Of a DNA stretch of 64,000 nt, positions 23,901 through 39,900 are shown piece after piece. The position numbers and the translations under genes were made by a program. Numbering within the stretch: the first letter of the stretch is position 1; the number at the start of each line of letters is the position of its first letter. The notes beneath the pieces are model-generated. The model had not been told where the DNA came from and ran no database searches. It worked only from the letters and a program-made list of their open reading frames with translations. This stretch comes from Paragordius varius (Eukaryota; Animalia; Nematomorpha). Location of the stretch: the NCBI GenBank assembly GCA_964247055.1, contig OZ176053.1:13516001-13580000 (forward strand), in the 5' to 3' direction.

Positions 23901-26900
23901 AATGTATAAAACTAGTCGCATCAATACTCAAGTTAAACTTTGTCCTTAAAAATCGAATATTGGTCACCAATGAACAAAATTATTTTTATACATTTTCTTA
24001 GCAAGACTACATCAAAATATAGAGATAGTTTGACAAACTCTTTCATATCCGATTTTTACAACGATACTTTAAAAATTAATGTATAAAACTAGTCGCATCA
24101 ATACTAAAGTTAAACTTTATCCTTAAAAATCGGATATTGGTCACCGGTGAACAAAACTATTTTTTATACATTCTCTTAGTAAGACTACATCAAAATATAG
24201 AGATAGTTTGACAAACTCTTTCATATCCGATTTTTACAACGATACTTTAAAAATTAATGTATAAAACTAGTCGCATCAATACTCAAGTTAAACTTTATCC
24301 GTAAAAATCGGATATTGGTCACCGGTAAACAAAATAATTTTTTATACATTCTCTTAGTAAGACTACATCAAAATATAGAGATGGTTTGACAAACTCTTTC
24401 ATATCCAATTTTTACAACGATACTTTAAAAATTATGGTATTAAACCAGTCGCATCAATACTCAAGTTAAAAATCCTTAAAAATCGGATATTGGTCACCGG
24501 TGAACAAAATTATTTTTTATACATTCTCTTAGTAATACTACATCAAAATATAGAAATAGTTTGACAAACTCTTTCATATCCGATTTTTACAACGATACTT
24601 TAAAAATTAATGTATTAAACTAGTCGCATCAATACTCAAGTTAAACTTTGTCCTTGAAAATCGGATATTGGTCACCGGTGAACATGATTATTTTTTATAC
24701 ATTTTCTTAGCAAGACTACATCAAAATATAGAGATAGTTTGACAAACTCTTTCATATCCAATTTTTACAACGATACTTTAAATTAATGTATTAGTCGCAT
24801 CAATACTCAAGTTAAATTTTGTCCTTAAAAATGGGATATTGGTCACCGGTGAACAAAACTATTTTTTATACATTCTCTTATTAAGACTACATCAAAATAT
24901 AGAGATAGTTGACCTCTTTCATATCCGATTTTTACAACGATACTTTAAAAATTAATGTATAAAACTAGTCGCATCATTATTCAAGTAAAACTTTGTCCTA
25001 AAAAATCGGATATTGGTCACCGGTGAACAAAACTATTTTTTATACATTCTTTTAGTAAGACTACATCAAAATTTAGAGATAGTTGGAAAAACTCTTTCAT
25101 ATCCGATTTTTACAACGATACTTTAAAAATTAATGTATAAAAGTCGCATAAATACTCAAGTTAAACTTTATCCGTAAAAATCGGATATTAGTCGCCGGTA
25201 AAGAAAATAATTTTTTATACATTCTCTTAATAGGACTACATCAAAATATAGAGATAGTTTGACAAACTCTTTCATATCCGATTTTTACAACGATACTTTA
25301 AATTAATGTATTAGTCGCATCAATACTCAAGTTAAACTTTGTCCTTAAAAATCGAATATTGGTCACCAATGAACAAAATTATTTTTTATACATTTTCTTA
25401 GCAAGACTACATCAAAATATAGAGATAGTTTGACAAACTCTTTCATATCCGATTTTTACAACGATACTTTAAAAATTAATGTATAAAACTAGTCGCATCA
25501 ATACTAAAGTTAAACTTTATCCTTAAAAATCGGATATTGGTCACCGGTGAACAAAATTATTTTTTATACATTCTCTTATTAAGACTCCATCAAAATATAG
25601 AAATAGATTGACAAACTCTTTCATATCCGATTTTTACAACGATACTTTAAAAATTAATGTATTAAACTAGTCGCATCAATACTCAAGTTAAACTTTATCC
25701 GTAAAAATCGGATATTGGTCACCGGTGAACAAAATAATTTTTTATACATTCTCTTAGTAAGACTACATCAAAATATAGAGATAGTTTGACAAACTCTTTC
25801 ATATCCAATTTTTACAACGATACTTTAAAAGTTATGGTATTAAACCAGTCGCATCAATACTCAAGTTAATTGTCCTTAAAAATCGGATATTGGTCACCGG
25901 TGAACAAAATTATTTTTTATACATTCTCTTAGTAAGACTACATCAAAATATAGAGATCGTTTGACCTCTTTCAAATCCGATTTTTACAACGATACTTTAA
26001 AAATTAATGTATAAAACTAGTCGCATAAATACTCAAGTTTAACTTTGTCCTTAAAAATCGGATATTGGTCACCGGTGAACAAAATTATTTTTTATACATT
26101 CTCTTAGTAAGACTACATCAAAATATAGAGATAGTTTGACAAACTCTTTCATATCCGATTTTTACAACGATACTTTAAAAATTATGGTATTAAACCAGTC
26201 GCATCAATACTCAAGTTAAAAATCCTTAAAAATCGGATATTGGTCACCGGTGAACAAAATTATTTTTTATACATTCTCTTAGTAATACTACATCAAAATA
26301 TAGAAATAGTTTGACAAACTCTTTCATATCCGATTTTTACAACGATACTTTAAAAATTAATGTATTAAACTAGTCGCATCAATACTCAAGTCAAACTTTG
26401 TCCTTAAAAATCGGATATTGGTCACCGGTGAACATGATTATTTTTTATACATTTTCTTAGCAAGACTACATCAAAATATAGAGATAGTTTGACAAACTCT
26501 TTCATATCCGATTTTTACAACGATACTTTAAATTAATGTATTAGTCGCATCAATACTCAAGTTAAATTTTGTCCTTAAAAATGGGATATTGGTCACCGGT
26601 GAACAAAACTATTTTTTATACATTCTCTTATTAAGACTACATCAAAATATAGAGATAGTTTGACAAACTCTTTCATATCCGATTTTTACAACGATACTTT
26701 AAAAATTAATGTATAAAACTAGTCGCATCAATACTAAAGTTAAACTTTATCCTTAAAAATCGGATATTGGTCACCGGTGAACAAAATTATTTTTTATACA
26801 TTCTCTTAGTAAGACTCCATCAAAATATAGAAATAGTTTGACAAACTCTTTCATATCCGATTTTTACAACGATACTTTAAAAATTAATGTATTAAACTAG

Positions 26901-29900
26901 TCGCATCAATACTCAAGTTAAACTTTATCCGTAAAAATCGGATATTGGTCACCGGTGAACAAAATGATTTTTTATACATTCTCTTAGTAAGACTACATCA
27001 AAATATAGAGATAGTTTGACAAACTCTTTCATATCCAATTTTTACAACGATACTTTAAAAGTTATGGTAATTAAACCAGTCGCATCAATACTCAAGTTAA
27101 TTGTCCTTAAAAATCGGATATTGGTCACCGGTGAACAAAATTATTTTTTATACATTCTCTTAGTAAGACTACATCAAAATATAGAGATAGTTTGACCTCT
27201 TTCAAATCCGATTTTTACAACGATACTTTAAAAATTAATGTATAAAACTAGTCGCATAAATACTCAAGTTAAACTTTGTCCTTAAAAATCGGATATTCGT
27301 CACCGGTGAACAAAATTATTTTTTATACATTCTCTTAGTAAGACTACATCAAAATATAGAGATAATTTGACAAACTCTTTCATATCCGATTTTTACAACG
27401 ATACTTTAAAAATTAATGTATAAAACTAGTCGCATCAATACTAAAGTTAAACTTTATCCTTAAAAATCGGATATTGGTCACCGGTGAACAAAATTATTTT
27501 TTATACATTCTCTTAGTAAGACTCCATCAAAATATAGAAATAGTTTGACAAACTCTTTCATATCCGATTTTTACAACGATACTTTATGTATTAAACTAGT
27601 CGCATCAATACTCAAGTTAAACTTTGTCCTTAAAAATCGGATATTGGTCACCGGTGAACAAAATTATTTTTTATACATTCTCTTAGCAAGACTAGATCAA
27701 AATATAGAGATAGTTTGACAAACTCTTTAATATCCGATTTTTACAACGATACTTTAAAAATTAATGTATAAAACTAGTCGCATCAATACTCAAGTTAAAC
27801 TTTATCCGTAAAGATCGGATATTGGTCACCGGTGAACATGATTATTTTTTATACATTTTCTTAGCAAGACTACATCAAAATATAGAGATAGTTTGACAAA
27901 CTCTTTCATATCCGATTTTTACAACGATACTTTAAATTAATGTATAAAACTAGTCGCATCAATACTCAAGTTAAATTTTGTCCTTAAAAATGGGATATTG
28001 GTCCCCGGTGAACAAAACTATTTTTTATACATTCTCTTATTAAGACTACATCAAAATATAGAGATAGTTTGACCTCTTTCATATCCGATTTTTACAACGA
28101 TACTTTAAAAATTAATGTATAAAACTAGTCGCATCAATATTCAAGTAAAACTTTGTCCTAAAAAATCGGATATTGGTCACCGGTGAACAAAACTATTTTT
28201 TATACATTCTTTTAGTAAGACTACATCAAAATATAGCGATAGTTTGATAAACTCTTTCATATCCGATTTTTACAACGATACTTTAAAAATTAATGTATTA
28301 AACTAGTCGCATCAATACTCAAGTTAAACTTTATCCGTAAAAATCGGATATTGGTCACCGGTGAACAAAATAATTTTTTATACATTCTCTTAGTAAGACT
28401 ACATCAAAATATAGAGATAGTTTGACAAACTCTTTCATATCCAATTTTTACAACGATACTTTAAAAATTATGGTATTAAACCAGTCGCATCAATACTCAA
28501 GTTAAAAATCCTTAAAAATCGGATATTGGTCACCGGTGAACAAAATTATTTTTTATACATTCTCTTAGTAATACTACATCAAAATATAGAAATAGTTTGA
28601 CAAACTCTTTCATATCCGATTTTTACAACGATACTTTAAAAATTAATGTATTAAACTAGTCGCATCAATACTCAAGTTAAACTTTGTCCTTAAAAATCGG
28701 ATATTGGTCACCGGTGAACATGATTATTTTTTATACATTTTCTTAGCAAGACTACATCAAAATATAGAGATAGTTTGACAAACTCTTTCATATCCGATTT
28801 TTACAACGATACTTTAAATTAATGTATTAGTCGCATCAATACTCAAGTTAAATTTTGTCCTTAAAAATGGGATATTGGTCACCGGTGAACAAAACTATTT
28901 TTTATACATTCTCTTATTAAGACTACATCAAAATATAGAGATAGTTGACCTCTTTCATATCCGATTTTTACAACGATACTTTAAAAATTAATGTATAAAA
29001 CTAGTCGCATCAATATTCAAGTAAAACTTTGTCCTAAAAAATCGGATATTGGTCACCGGTGAACAAAACTATTTTTTATACATTCTTTTAGTAAGACTAC
29101 ATCAAAATTTAGAGATAGTTGGAAAAACTCTTTCATATCCGATTTTTACAACGATACTTTAAAAATTAATGTATAAAACTAGTCGCATAAATACTCAAGT
29201 TAAACTTTATCCGTAAAAATCGGATATTAGTCGCCGGTAAAGAAAATAATTTTTTATACATTCTCTTAATAGGACTACATCAAAATATAGAGATAGTTTG
29301 ACAAACTCTTTCATATCCGATTTTTACAACGATACTTTAAATTAATGTATTAGTCGCATCAATACTCAAGTTAAACTTTGTCCTTAAAAATCGAATATTG
29401 GTCACCAATGAACAAAATTATTTTTTATACATTTTCTTAGCAAGACTACATCAAAATATAGAGATAGTTTGACAAACTCTTTCATATCCGATTTTTACAA
29501 CGATACTTTAAAAATTAATGTATACAACTAGTCGCATCAATACTAAAGTTAAACTTTATCCTTAAAAATCGGATATTGGTCACCGGTGAACAAAATTATT
29601 TTTTATACATTCTCTTATTAAGACTCCATCAAAATATAGAAATAGATTGACAAACTCTTTCATATCCGATTTTTACAACGATACTTTAAAAATTAATGTA
29701 TTAAACTAGTCGCATCAATACTCAAGTTAAACTTTATCCGTAAAAATCGGATATTGGTCACCGGTGAACAAAATAATTTTTTATACATTCTCTTAGTAAG
29801 ACTACATCAAAATATAGAGATAGTTTGACAAACTCTTTCATATCCAATTTTTACAACGATACTTTAAAAGTTATGGTATTAAACCAGTCGCATCAATACT

Positions 29901-32900
29901 CAAGTTAATTGTCCTTAAAAATCGGATATTGGTCACCGGTGAACAAAATTATTTTTTATACATTCTCTTAGTAAGACTACATCAAAATATAGAGATCGTT
30001 TGACCTCTTTCAAATCCGATTTTTACAACGATACTTTAAAAATTAATGTATAAAACTAGTCGCATAAATACTCAAGTTTAACTTTGTCCTTAAAAATCGG
30101 ATATTGGTCACCGGTGAACAAAATTATTTTTTATACATTCTCTTAGTAAGACTACATCAAAATATAGAGATAGTTTGACAAACTCTTTCATATCCGATTT
30201 TTACAACGATACTTTAAAAATTAATGTATAAAACTAGTCGCATCAATACTCAAGTTAAACTTTATCCGTAAAAATCTGATATTGGTCACCGGTGAACATG
30301 ATTATTTTTTATACATTTTCTTAGCAAGACTACATCAAAATATAGAGATAGTTTGACAAACTCTTTCATATCCGATTTTTACAACGATACTTTAAATTAA
30401 TGTATAAAACTAGTCGCATCAATACTCAAGTTAAATTTTGTCCTTAAAAATGGGATATTGGTCACCGGTGAACAAAACTATTTTTTATACATTCTCTTAT
30501 TAAGACTACATCAAAATATAGAGATAGTTTGACCTCTTTCATATCCGATTTTTACAACGATACTTTAAAAATTATGGTATTAAACCAGTCGCATCAATAC
30601 TCAAGTTAAAAATCCTTAAAAATCGGATATTGGTCACCGGTGAACAAAATTATTTTTTATACATTCTCTTAGTAATACTACATCAAAATATAGAAATAGT
30701 TTGACAAACTCTTTCATATCCGATTTTTACAACGATACTTTAAAAATTAATGTATTAAACTAGTCGCATCAATACTCAAGTCAAACTTTGTCCTTAAAAA
30801 TCGGATATTGGTCACCGGTGAACATGATTATTTTTTATACATTTTCTTAGCAAGACTACATCAAAATATAGAGATAGTTTGACAAACTCTTTCATATCCG
30901 ATTTTTACAACGATACTTTAAAAATTAATGTATAAAACTAGTCGCATCAATACTCAAGTTAAACTTTGTCCTTAAAAATCGAATATTGGTCACCAATGAA
31001 CAAAATTATTTTTATACATTTTCTTAGCAAGACTACATCAAAATATAGAGATAGTTTGACAAACTCTTTCATATCCGATTTTTACAACGATACTTTAAAA
31101 ATTAATGTATAAAACTAGTCGCATCAATACTAAAGTTAAACTTTATCCTTAAAAATCGGATATTGGTCACCGGTGAACAAAATTATTTTTTATACATTCT
31201 CTTAGTAAGACTCCATCAAAATATAGAAATAGTTTGACAAACTCTTTCATATCCGATTTTTACAACGATACTTTAAAAATTAATGTATTAAACTAGTCGC
31301 ATCAATACTCAAGTTAAACTTTATCCGTAAAAATCGGATATTGGTCACCGGTGAACAAAATGATTTTTTATACATTCTCTTAGTAAGACTACATCAAAAT
31401 ATAGAGATAGTTTGACAAACTCTTTCATATCCAATTTTTACAACGATACTTTAAAAGTTATGGTAATTAAACCAGTCGCATCAATACTCAAGTTAATTGT
31501 CCTTAAAAATCGGATATTGGTCACCGGTGAACAAAATTATTTTTTATACATTCTCTTAGTAAGACTACATCAAAATATAGAGATAGTTTGACCTCTTTCA
31601 AATCCGATTTTTACAACGATACTTTAAAAATTAATGTATAAAACTAGTCGCATAAATACTCAAGTTAAACTTTGTCCTTAAAAATCGGATATTCGTCACC
31701 GGTGAACAAAATTATTTTTTATACATTCTCTTAGTAAGACTACATCAAAATATAGAGATAATTTGACAAACTCTTTCATATCCGATTTTTACAACGATAC
31801 TTTAAAAATTAATGTATAAAACTAGTCGCATCAATACTAAAGTTAAACTTTATCCTTAAAAATCGGATATTGGTCACCGGTGAACAAAATTATTTTTTAT
31901 ACATTCTCTTAGTAAGACTCCATCAAAATATAGAAATAGTTTGACAAACTCTTTCATATCCGATTTTTACAACGATACTTTATGTATTAAACTAGTCGCA
32001 TCAATACTCAAGTTAAACTTTGTCCTTAAAAATCGGATATTGGTCACCGGTGAACAAAATTATTTTTTATACATTCTCTTAGCAAGACTAGATCAAAATA
32101 TAGAGATAGTTTGACAAACTCTTTAATATCCGATTTTTACAACGATACTTTAAAAATTAATGTATAAAACTAGTCGCATCAATACTCAAGTTAAACTTTA
32201 TCCGTAAAGATCGGATATTGGTCACCGGTGAACATGATTATTTTTTATACATTTTCTTAGCAAGACTACATCAAAATATAGAGATAGTTTGACAAACTCT
32301 TTCATATCCGATTTTTACAACGATACTTTAAATTAATGTATAAAACTAGTCGCATCAATACTCAAGTTAAATTTTGTCCTTAAAAATGGGATATTGGTCC
32401 CCGGTGAACAAAACTATTTTTTATACATTCTCTTATTAAGACTACATCAAAATATAGAGATAGTTTGACCTCTTTCATATCCGATTTTTACAACGATACT
32501 TTAAAAATTAATGTATAAAACTAGTCGCATCAATATTCAAGTAAAACTTTGTCCTAAAAAATCGGATATTGGTCACCGGTGAACAAAACTATTTTTTATA
32601 CATTCTTTTAGTAAGACTACATCAAAATATAGAGATAGTTTGATAAACTCTTTCATATCCGATTTTTACAACGATACTTTAAAAATTAATGTATTAAACT
32701 AGTCGCATCAATACTCAAGTTAAACTTTATCCGTAAAAATCGGATATTGGTCACCGGTGAACAAAATAATTTTTTATACATTCTCTTAGTAAGACTACAT
32801 CAAAATATAGAGATAGTTTGACAAACTCTTTCATATCCAATTTTTACAACGATACTTCAAAAATTATGGTATTAAACCAGTCGCATCAATACTCAAGTTA

Positions 32901-33600
32901 AAAATCCTTAAAAATCGGATATTGGTCACCGGTGAACAAAATTATTTTTTATACATTCTCTTAGTAATACTACATCAAAATATAGAAATAGTTTGACAAA
33001 CTCTTTCATATCCGATTTTTACAACGATACTTTAAAAATTAATGTATTAAACTAGTCGCATCAATACTCAAGTTAAACTTTGTCCTTAAAAATCGGATAT
33101 TGGTCACCGGTGAACATGATTATTTTTTATACATTTTCTTAGCAAGACTACATCAAAATATAGAGATAGTTTGACAAACTCTTTCATATCCGATTTTTAC
33201 AACGATACTTTAAATTAATGTATTAGTCGCATCAATACTCAAGTTAAATTTTGTCCTTAAAAATGGGATATTGGTCACCGGTGAACAAAACTATTTTTTA
33301 TACATTCTCTTATTAAGACTACATCAAAATATAGAGATAGTTGACCTCTTTCATATCCGATTTTTACAACGATACTTTAAAAATTAATGTATAAAACTAG
33401 TCGCATCAATATTCAAGTAAAACTTTGTCCTAAAAAATCGGATATTGGTCACCGGTGAACAAAACTATTTTTTATACATTCTTTTAGTAAGACTACATCA
33501 AAATTTAGAGATAGTTGGAAAAACTCTTTCATATCCGATTTTTACAACGATACTTTAAAAATTAATGTATAAAACTAGTCGCATAAATACTCAAGTTAAA
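21000..33600. repeat. Satellite B domain with imperfect ~4.0-4.4 kb long-range periodicity
   Basis: GAAATAGATTG occurs at 21201, 25600 and 29639. ACTAGATCAA occurs at 27691/32087 and ATCAAAATTTAGAG at 29101/33497 (offset 4396). AAAATCTGAT occurs at an 8438 offset (21838/30276). Confidence 0.8.
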
Positions 33601-36600
33601 TTTTGTCCTTAAAAATGGGATATTGGTCCCCGGTGAACAAAACTATTTTTTATACATTCTCTTGGTAAGACTACATCAAAATATAGAGATAGTTTGACAA
33701 ACTCTTTCATATCCGATTTTTACAACGATACTTTAAAAAATAATATATAAAACTAGTCGCATCAATACTCAAGTTAAACTTTGTCCTAAAAAATCGGATA
33801 TTGGTCGCCGGTGAACAAAACTATTTTTTATACATTCTTTTAGTAAGACTACATCAAAATATAGAGATAGTTGGATAAACTCTTTCATATCCGATTTTTA
33901 CAACGATACTTTAAAAATTAATGTATAAAACTAGTCGCATAAATACTCGAGTTAAATTTTGTCCTTAAAAATGGGATATTGGTCCCCGGTGAACAAAACT
34001 ATTTTTTATACATTCTTTTGGTAAGACTACATCAAAATATAGAGATAGTTTGACAAACTCTTTCATATCCGATTTTTACAACGATACTTTAAAAATTAAT
34101 GTATAAAACTAGTCGCATCAATATTCAAGTAAAACTTTGTCCTAAAAAATCGGATATTGGTCACCGGTGAACAAAACTATTTTTTATACATTCTTTTAGT
34201 AAGACTACATCAAAATATAGAGATAGTTTGATAAACTCTTTCATATCCGATTTTTACAACGATACTTTAAAAATTAATGTATTAAACTAGTCGCATCAAT
34301 ACTCAAGTTAAACTTTATCCGTAAAAATCGGATATTGGTCACCGGTGAACAAAATAATTTTTTATACATTCTCTTAGTAAGACTACATCAAAATATAGAG
34401 ATAGTTTGACAAACTCTTTCATATCCAATTTTTACAACGATACTTTAAAAATTATGGTATTAAACCAGTCGCATCAATACTCAAGTTAAAAATCCTTAAA
34501 AATCGGATATTGGTCACCGGTGAACAAAATTATTTTTTATACATTCTCTTAGTAATACTACATCAAAATATAGAAATAGTTTGACAAACTCTTTCAAATC
34601 CGATTTTTACAACGATACTTTAAAAATTAATGTATTAAACTAGTCGCATCAATACTCAAGTTAAACTTTGTCCTTAAAAATCGGATATTGGTCACCGGTG
34701 AACATGATTATTGTTTATACATTTTCTTAGCAAGACTACATCAAAATATAGAGATAGTTTGACAAACTCTTTCATATCCGATTTTTACAACGATACATTA
34801 AATTAATGTATAAAACTAGTCGCATCAATACTCAAGTTAAATTTTGTCCTTAAAAATGGGATATTGGTCCCCGGTGAACAAAACTATTTTTTATACATTC
34901 TCTTATTAAGACTACATCAAAATATAGAGATAGTTTGACCTCTTTCATATCCGATTTTTACAACGATACTTTAAAAATTAATGTATAAAACTAGTCGCAT
35001 CAATATTCAAGTAAAACTTTGTCCTAAAAAATCGGATATTGGTCACCGGTGAACAAAACTATTTTTTATACATTCTTTTAGTAAGACTACATCAAAATAT
35101 AGAGATAGTTTGATAAACTCTTTCATATCCGATTTTTACAACGATACTTTAAAAATTAATGTATTAAACTAGTCGCATCAATACTCAAGTTAAACTTTAT
35201 CCGTAAAAATCGGATATTGGTCACCGGTGAACAAAATAATTTTTTATACATTCTCTTAGTAAGACTACATCAAAATATAGAGATAGTTTGACAAACTCTT
35301 TCATATCCAATTTTTACAACGATACTTTAAAAATTATGGTATTAAACCAGTCGCATCAATACTCAAGTTAAAAATCCCTAAAAATCGGATATTGGTCACC
35401 GGTGAACAAAATTATTTTTTATACATTCTCTTAGTAATACTACATCAAAATATAGAAATAGTTTGACAAACTCTTTCATATCCGATTTTTACAACGATAC
35501 TTTAAAAATTAATGTATTAAACTAGTCGCATCAATACTCAAGTTAAACTTTGTCCTTAAAAATCGGATATTGGTCACCGGTGAACATGATTATTTTTTAT
35601 ACATTTTCTTAGCAAGACTACATCAAAATATAGAGATAGTTTGACAAACTCTTTCATATCCGATTTTTACAACGATACTTTAAATTAATGTATTAGTCGC
35701 ATCAATACTCAAGTTAAATTTTGTCCTTAAAAATGGGATATTGGTCACCGGTGAACAAAACTATTTTTTATACATTCTCTTATTAAGACTACATCAAAAT
35801 ATAGAGATAGTTGACCTCTTTCATATCCGATTTTTACAACGATACTTTAAAAATTAATGTATAAAACTAGTCGCATCAATATTCAAGTAAAACTTTGTCC
35901 TAAAAAATCGGATATTGGTCACCGGTGAACAAAACTATTTTTTATACATTCTTTTAGTAAGACTACATCAAAATTTAGAGATAGTTGGAAAAACTCTTTC
36001 ATATCCGATTTTTACAACGATACTTTAAAAATTAATGTATAAAACTAGTCGCATAAATACTCAAGTTAAATTTTGTCCTTAAAAATGGGATATTGGTCCC
36101 CGGTGAACAAAACTATTTTTTATACATTCTCTTGGTAAGACTACATCAAAATATAGAGATAGTTTGACAAACTCTTTCATATCCGATTTTTACAACGATA
36201 CTTTAAAAAATAATATATAAAACTAGTCGCATCAATACTCAAGTTAAACTTTGTCCTAAAAAATCGGATATTGGTCGCCGGTGAACAAAACTATTTTTTA
36301 TACATTCTTTTAGTAAGACTACATCAAAATATAGAGATAGTTGGATAAACTCTTTCATATCCGATTTTTACAACGATACTTTAAAAATTAATGTATAAAA
36401 CTAGTCGCATAAATACTCGAGTTAAATTTTGTCCTTAAAAATGGGATATTGGTCCCCGGTGAACAAAACTATTTTTTATACATTCTTTTGGTAAGACTAC
36501 ATCAAAATATAGAGATAGTTTGACAAACTCTTTCATATCCGATTTTTACAACGATACTTTAAAAATTAATGTATAAAACTAGTCGCATCAATATTCAAGT

Positions 36601-36923
36601 AAAACTTTGTCCTAAAAAATCGGATATTGGTCACCGGTGAACAAAACTATTTTTTATACATTCTTTTAGTAAGACTACATCAAAATATAGAGATAGTTTG
36701 ATAAACTCTTTCATATCCGATTTTTACAACGATACTTTAAAAATTAATGTATTAAACTAGTCGCATCAATACTCAAGTTAAACTTTATCCGTAAAAATCG
36801 GATATTGGTCACCGGTGAACAAAATAATTTTTTATACATTCTCTTAGTAAGACTACATCAAAATATAGAGATAGTTTGACAAACTCTTTCATATCCAATT
36901 TTTACAACGATACTTTAAAAATT
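32210..36923. repeat. Satellite B near-tandem duplication with 2470-bp (~14-monomer) period
   Basis: Constant offset of 2470 at 32221/34691, 32391/34861, 33497/35967 and 33941/36411 (AAATACTCGA). Similarity ends near 34453/36923. Confidence 0.88.
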
Positions 36924-39900
36924 AATGTAAAAAACTAGTCGTATCAATAAATCGCATCAATACTCAAGTTAAACTTTGTCCTTAAAAATCGGATATTAGT
37001 CGCCGGTAAAGAAAATAATTTTTTATACATTCTCTTAATAGGACTACATCAAAAAATAGAGATAGTTTGACAAACTCTTTCATATCCAATTTTTACAACG
37101 ATACTTTAAAAATTATGGTATTAAACCAGTCGCATCAATACTCAACTTAAACTTTGTCCTTAAAAATCGGATATTGGTCACCGGTGAGCAAAACTATTTT
37201 TTATACGTTCTCTTAGTAAGACTACATCAAAATATAGAGATAGTTTGACAAACTCTTTCATATCCCATTTTTACAACGATACTTTAAAAATTAATGTATA
37301 AAACTAGTCGTATCAATAAATCGTATCAATACTCAAGTTAAACTTTGTCCTTAAAAATCGGATATTGGTCACCGGTGAACAAAATTATTTTTTATACATT
37401 CGCTTAGTAGGATTACATCAAAATATAGAGATAGTTTGGCAAACTCTTTCATATCCGATTTTTACAACGATACTTTAAAAATTAATGTATAAAACTAGTC
37501 GTATCAATAAATCGCATCAATACTCAAGTTAAACTTTGTCCTTAAAAATCGGATATTGGTCACCGATGAACAAAATTATTTTTTATATATTCTCTTAGTC
37601 GGACTACATCAAAATATAGAGATAGTTTGGCAAACTCTTTCATATCCGATTTTTACAACGATACTTTAAAAATTAATGTATAAAACTAGTCGCATCAATA
37701 CTCAAGTTAAACTTTGTCCTTAAAAATCGGATTTTGGTCACCGGTGAACAAAATTATTTTTTATACATTCTCTTAGTAAGACTGCATCAAAATATAGAGA
37801 CCGTTTGTCAAACTCTTTCATATCCGATTTTTACAACGATACTTTAAAAATTAATGTATAAAACTAGTCGTATCAATACTCAAGTTAAACTTTGTCCTTA
37901 AAAATCGAATATTGGTCACCAATGAACAAAATTATTTTTTATTCATTCTCTTAGTAAGACTACATCAAAATATAGAGATAGTTTGACAAACTCTTTAATA
38001 TCCGATTTTTCCAACGATACTTTAAAAATTAATGTATAAAACTAGTCGCATCAATTATCAAGTTAAACTTTGTCCTTAAAAATCGGATATTGGTCACCGG
38101 TGAACAAAATAATTTTTTATACATTCTCTTAGTAAGAGTGCATCAAAATATAGAGACCGTTTGGCAAACTCTTTCATATCCGATTTTTACAAAGATACTT
38201 TAAAAATTAATGTATAAAACTAGTCGCATCAATACTCAAGTTAAACTTTGTCCTTAAAAATCGGATATTGGTCACCGGTGAACAAAATAATTTTTTATAC
38301 ATTCTCTTAGTAAGAGTGCATCAAAATATAGAGACCGTTTGGCAAACTCTTTCATATCCGATTTTTACAACGATACTTTAAAAATTAATGTATAAAACTA
38401 GTCGCATCAATACTCAAGTTAAACTTTGTCCTTAAAAATCGGATATTGGTCACCGGTGAACAAAATTATTTTTTATACATTCTCTTAGTAGGACTACATC
38501 AAAATATAGAGATAGTTTGGTAAACTCTTTCATATCCGATTTTTACAACGATACTTAAAAATTAATGTATAAAACTAGTCGTATCAATACTCAAGTTAAA
38601 CTTTGTCCTTAAAAATCGGATATTGGTCACCGGTGAACAAAATAATTTTTTATACATTCTCTTAGTAAGAGTGCATCAAAATATAGAGACCGTTTGGCAA
38701 ACTCTTTCATATCCGATTTTTACAACGTTACTTTAAAAATTAATGTATAAAACTAGTCGCATCAACACTCAAGTTAAACTTTGTCCTTTAAAATCGAATA
38801 TTAGTCACCAGTGAACAAAACTATTTTTTATACATTCACTTAGTAAGACTACATCAAAATATAGAGATAGTTTGACAAACTTTTTCATATCCGATTTTTA
38901 CAACGATACTTTAAAAATTAATGTATAAAACTAGTCGCATCAATATTCAAGTTAAATTTTGTCCTTAAAAATGGGATATTGGTCACCGGTGAACAAAACT
39001 ATTTTTATACATTCTCTTAGTAAAACTACATCAAAATATAGAGATAGTTTGACAAACTTTTTCATATCCGATTTTTACAACGATACTTTAAAAATTAATG
39101 TATAAAACTAGTCGCATCAATATTCAAGTTAAATTTTGTCCTTAAAAATGGGATATTGGTCACCGATGAACAAAATTATTTTTTATATATTCTCTTAGTC
39201 GGACTACATCAAAATATAGAGATAGTTTGACAAACTCTTTAATATCCGATTTTTACAACGATACATTAAATTAATGTATAAAACTAGTCGCATCAATACT
39301 CAAGTTAAATTTTGTCCTTAAAAATGGGATATTGGTCACCGGTGAACAAAACTATTTTTTATACATTCTCTTATTAAGACTACATCAAAATATAGAGATA
39401 GTTGACCTCTTTCATATCCGATTTTTACAACGATACTTTAAAAATTAATGTATAAAACTAGTCGCATCAATATTCAAGTAAAACTTTGTCCTAAAAAATC
39501 GGATATTGGTCACCGGTGAACAAAACTATTTTTTATACATTCTTTTAGTAAGACTACATCAAAATATAGAGATAGTTGGATAAACTCTTTCATATCCGAT
39601 TTTTACAACGATACTTTAAAAATTAATGTATAAAACTAGTCGCATAAATACTCAAGTTAAATTTTGTCCTTAAAAATGGGATATTGGTCCCCGGTGAACA
39701 AAACTATTTTTTATACATTCTCTTGGTAAGACTACATCAAAATATAGAGATAGTTTGACAAACTCTTTCATATCCGATTTTTACAACGATACTTTAAAAA
39801 TTAATATATAAAACTAGTCGCATCAATACTCAAGTTAAACTTTGTCCTAAAAAATCGGATATTGGTCACCGGTGAACAAAACTATTTTTTATACATTCTT

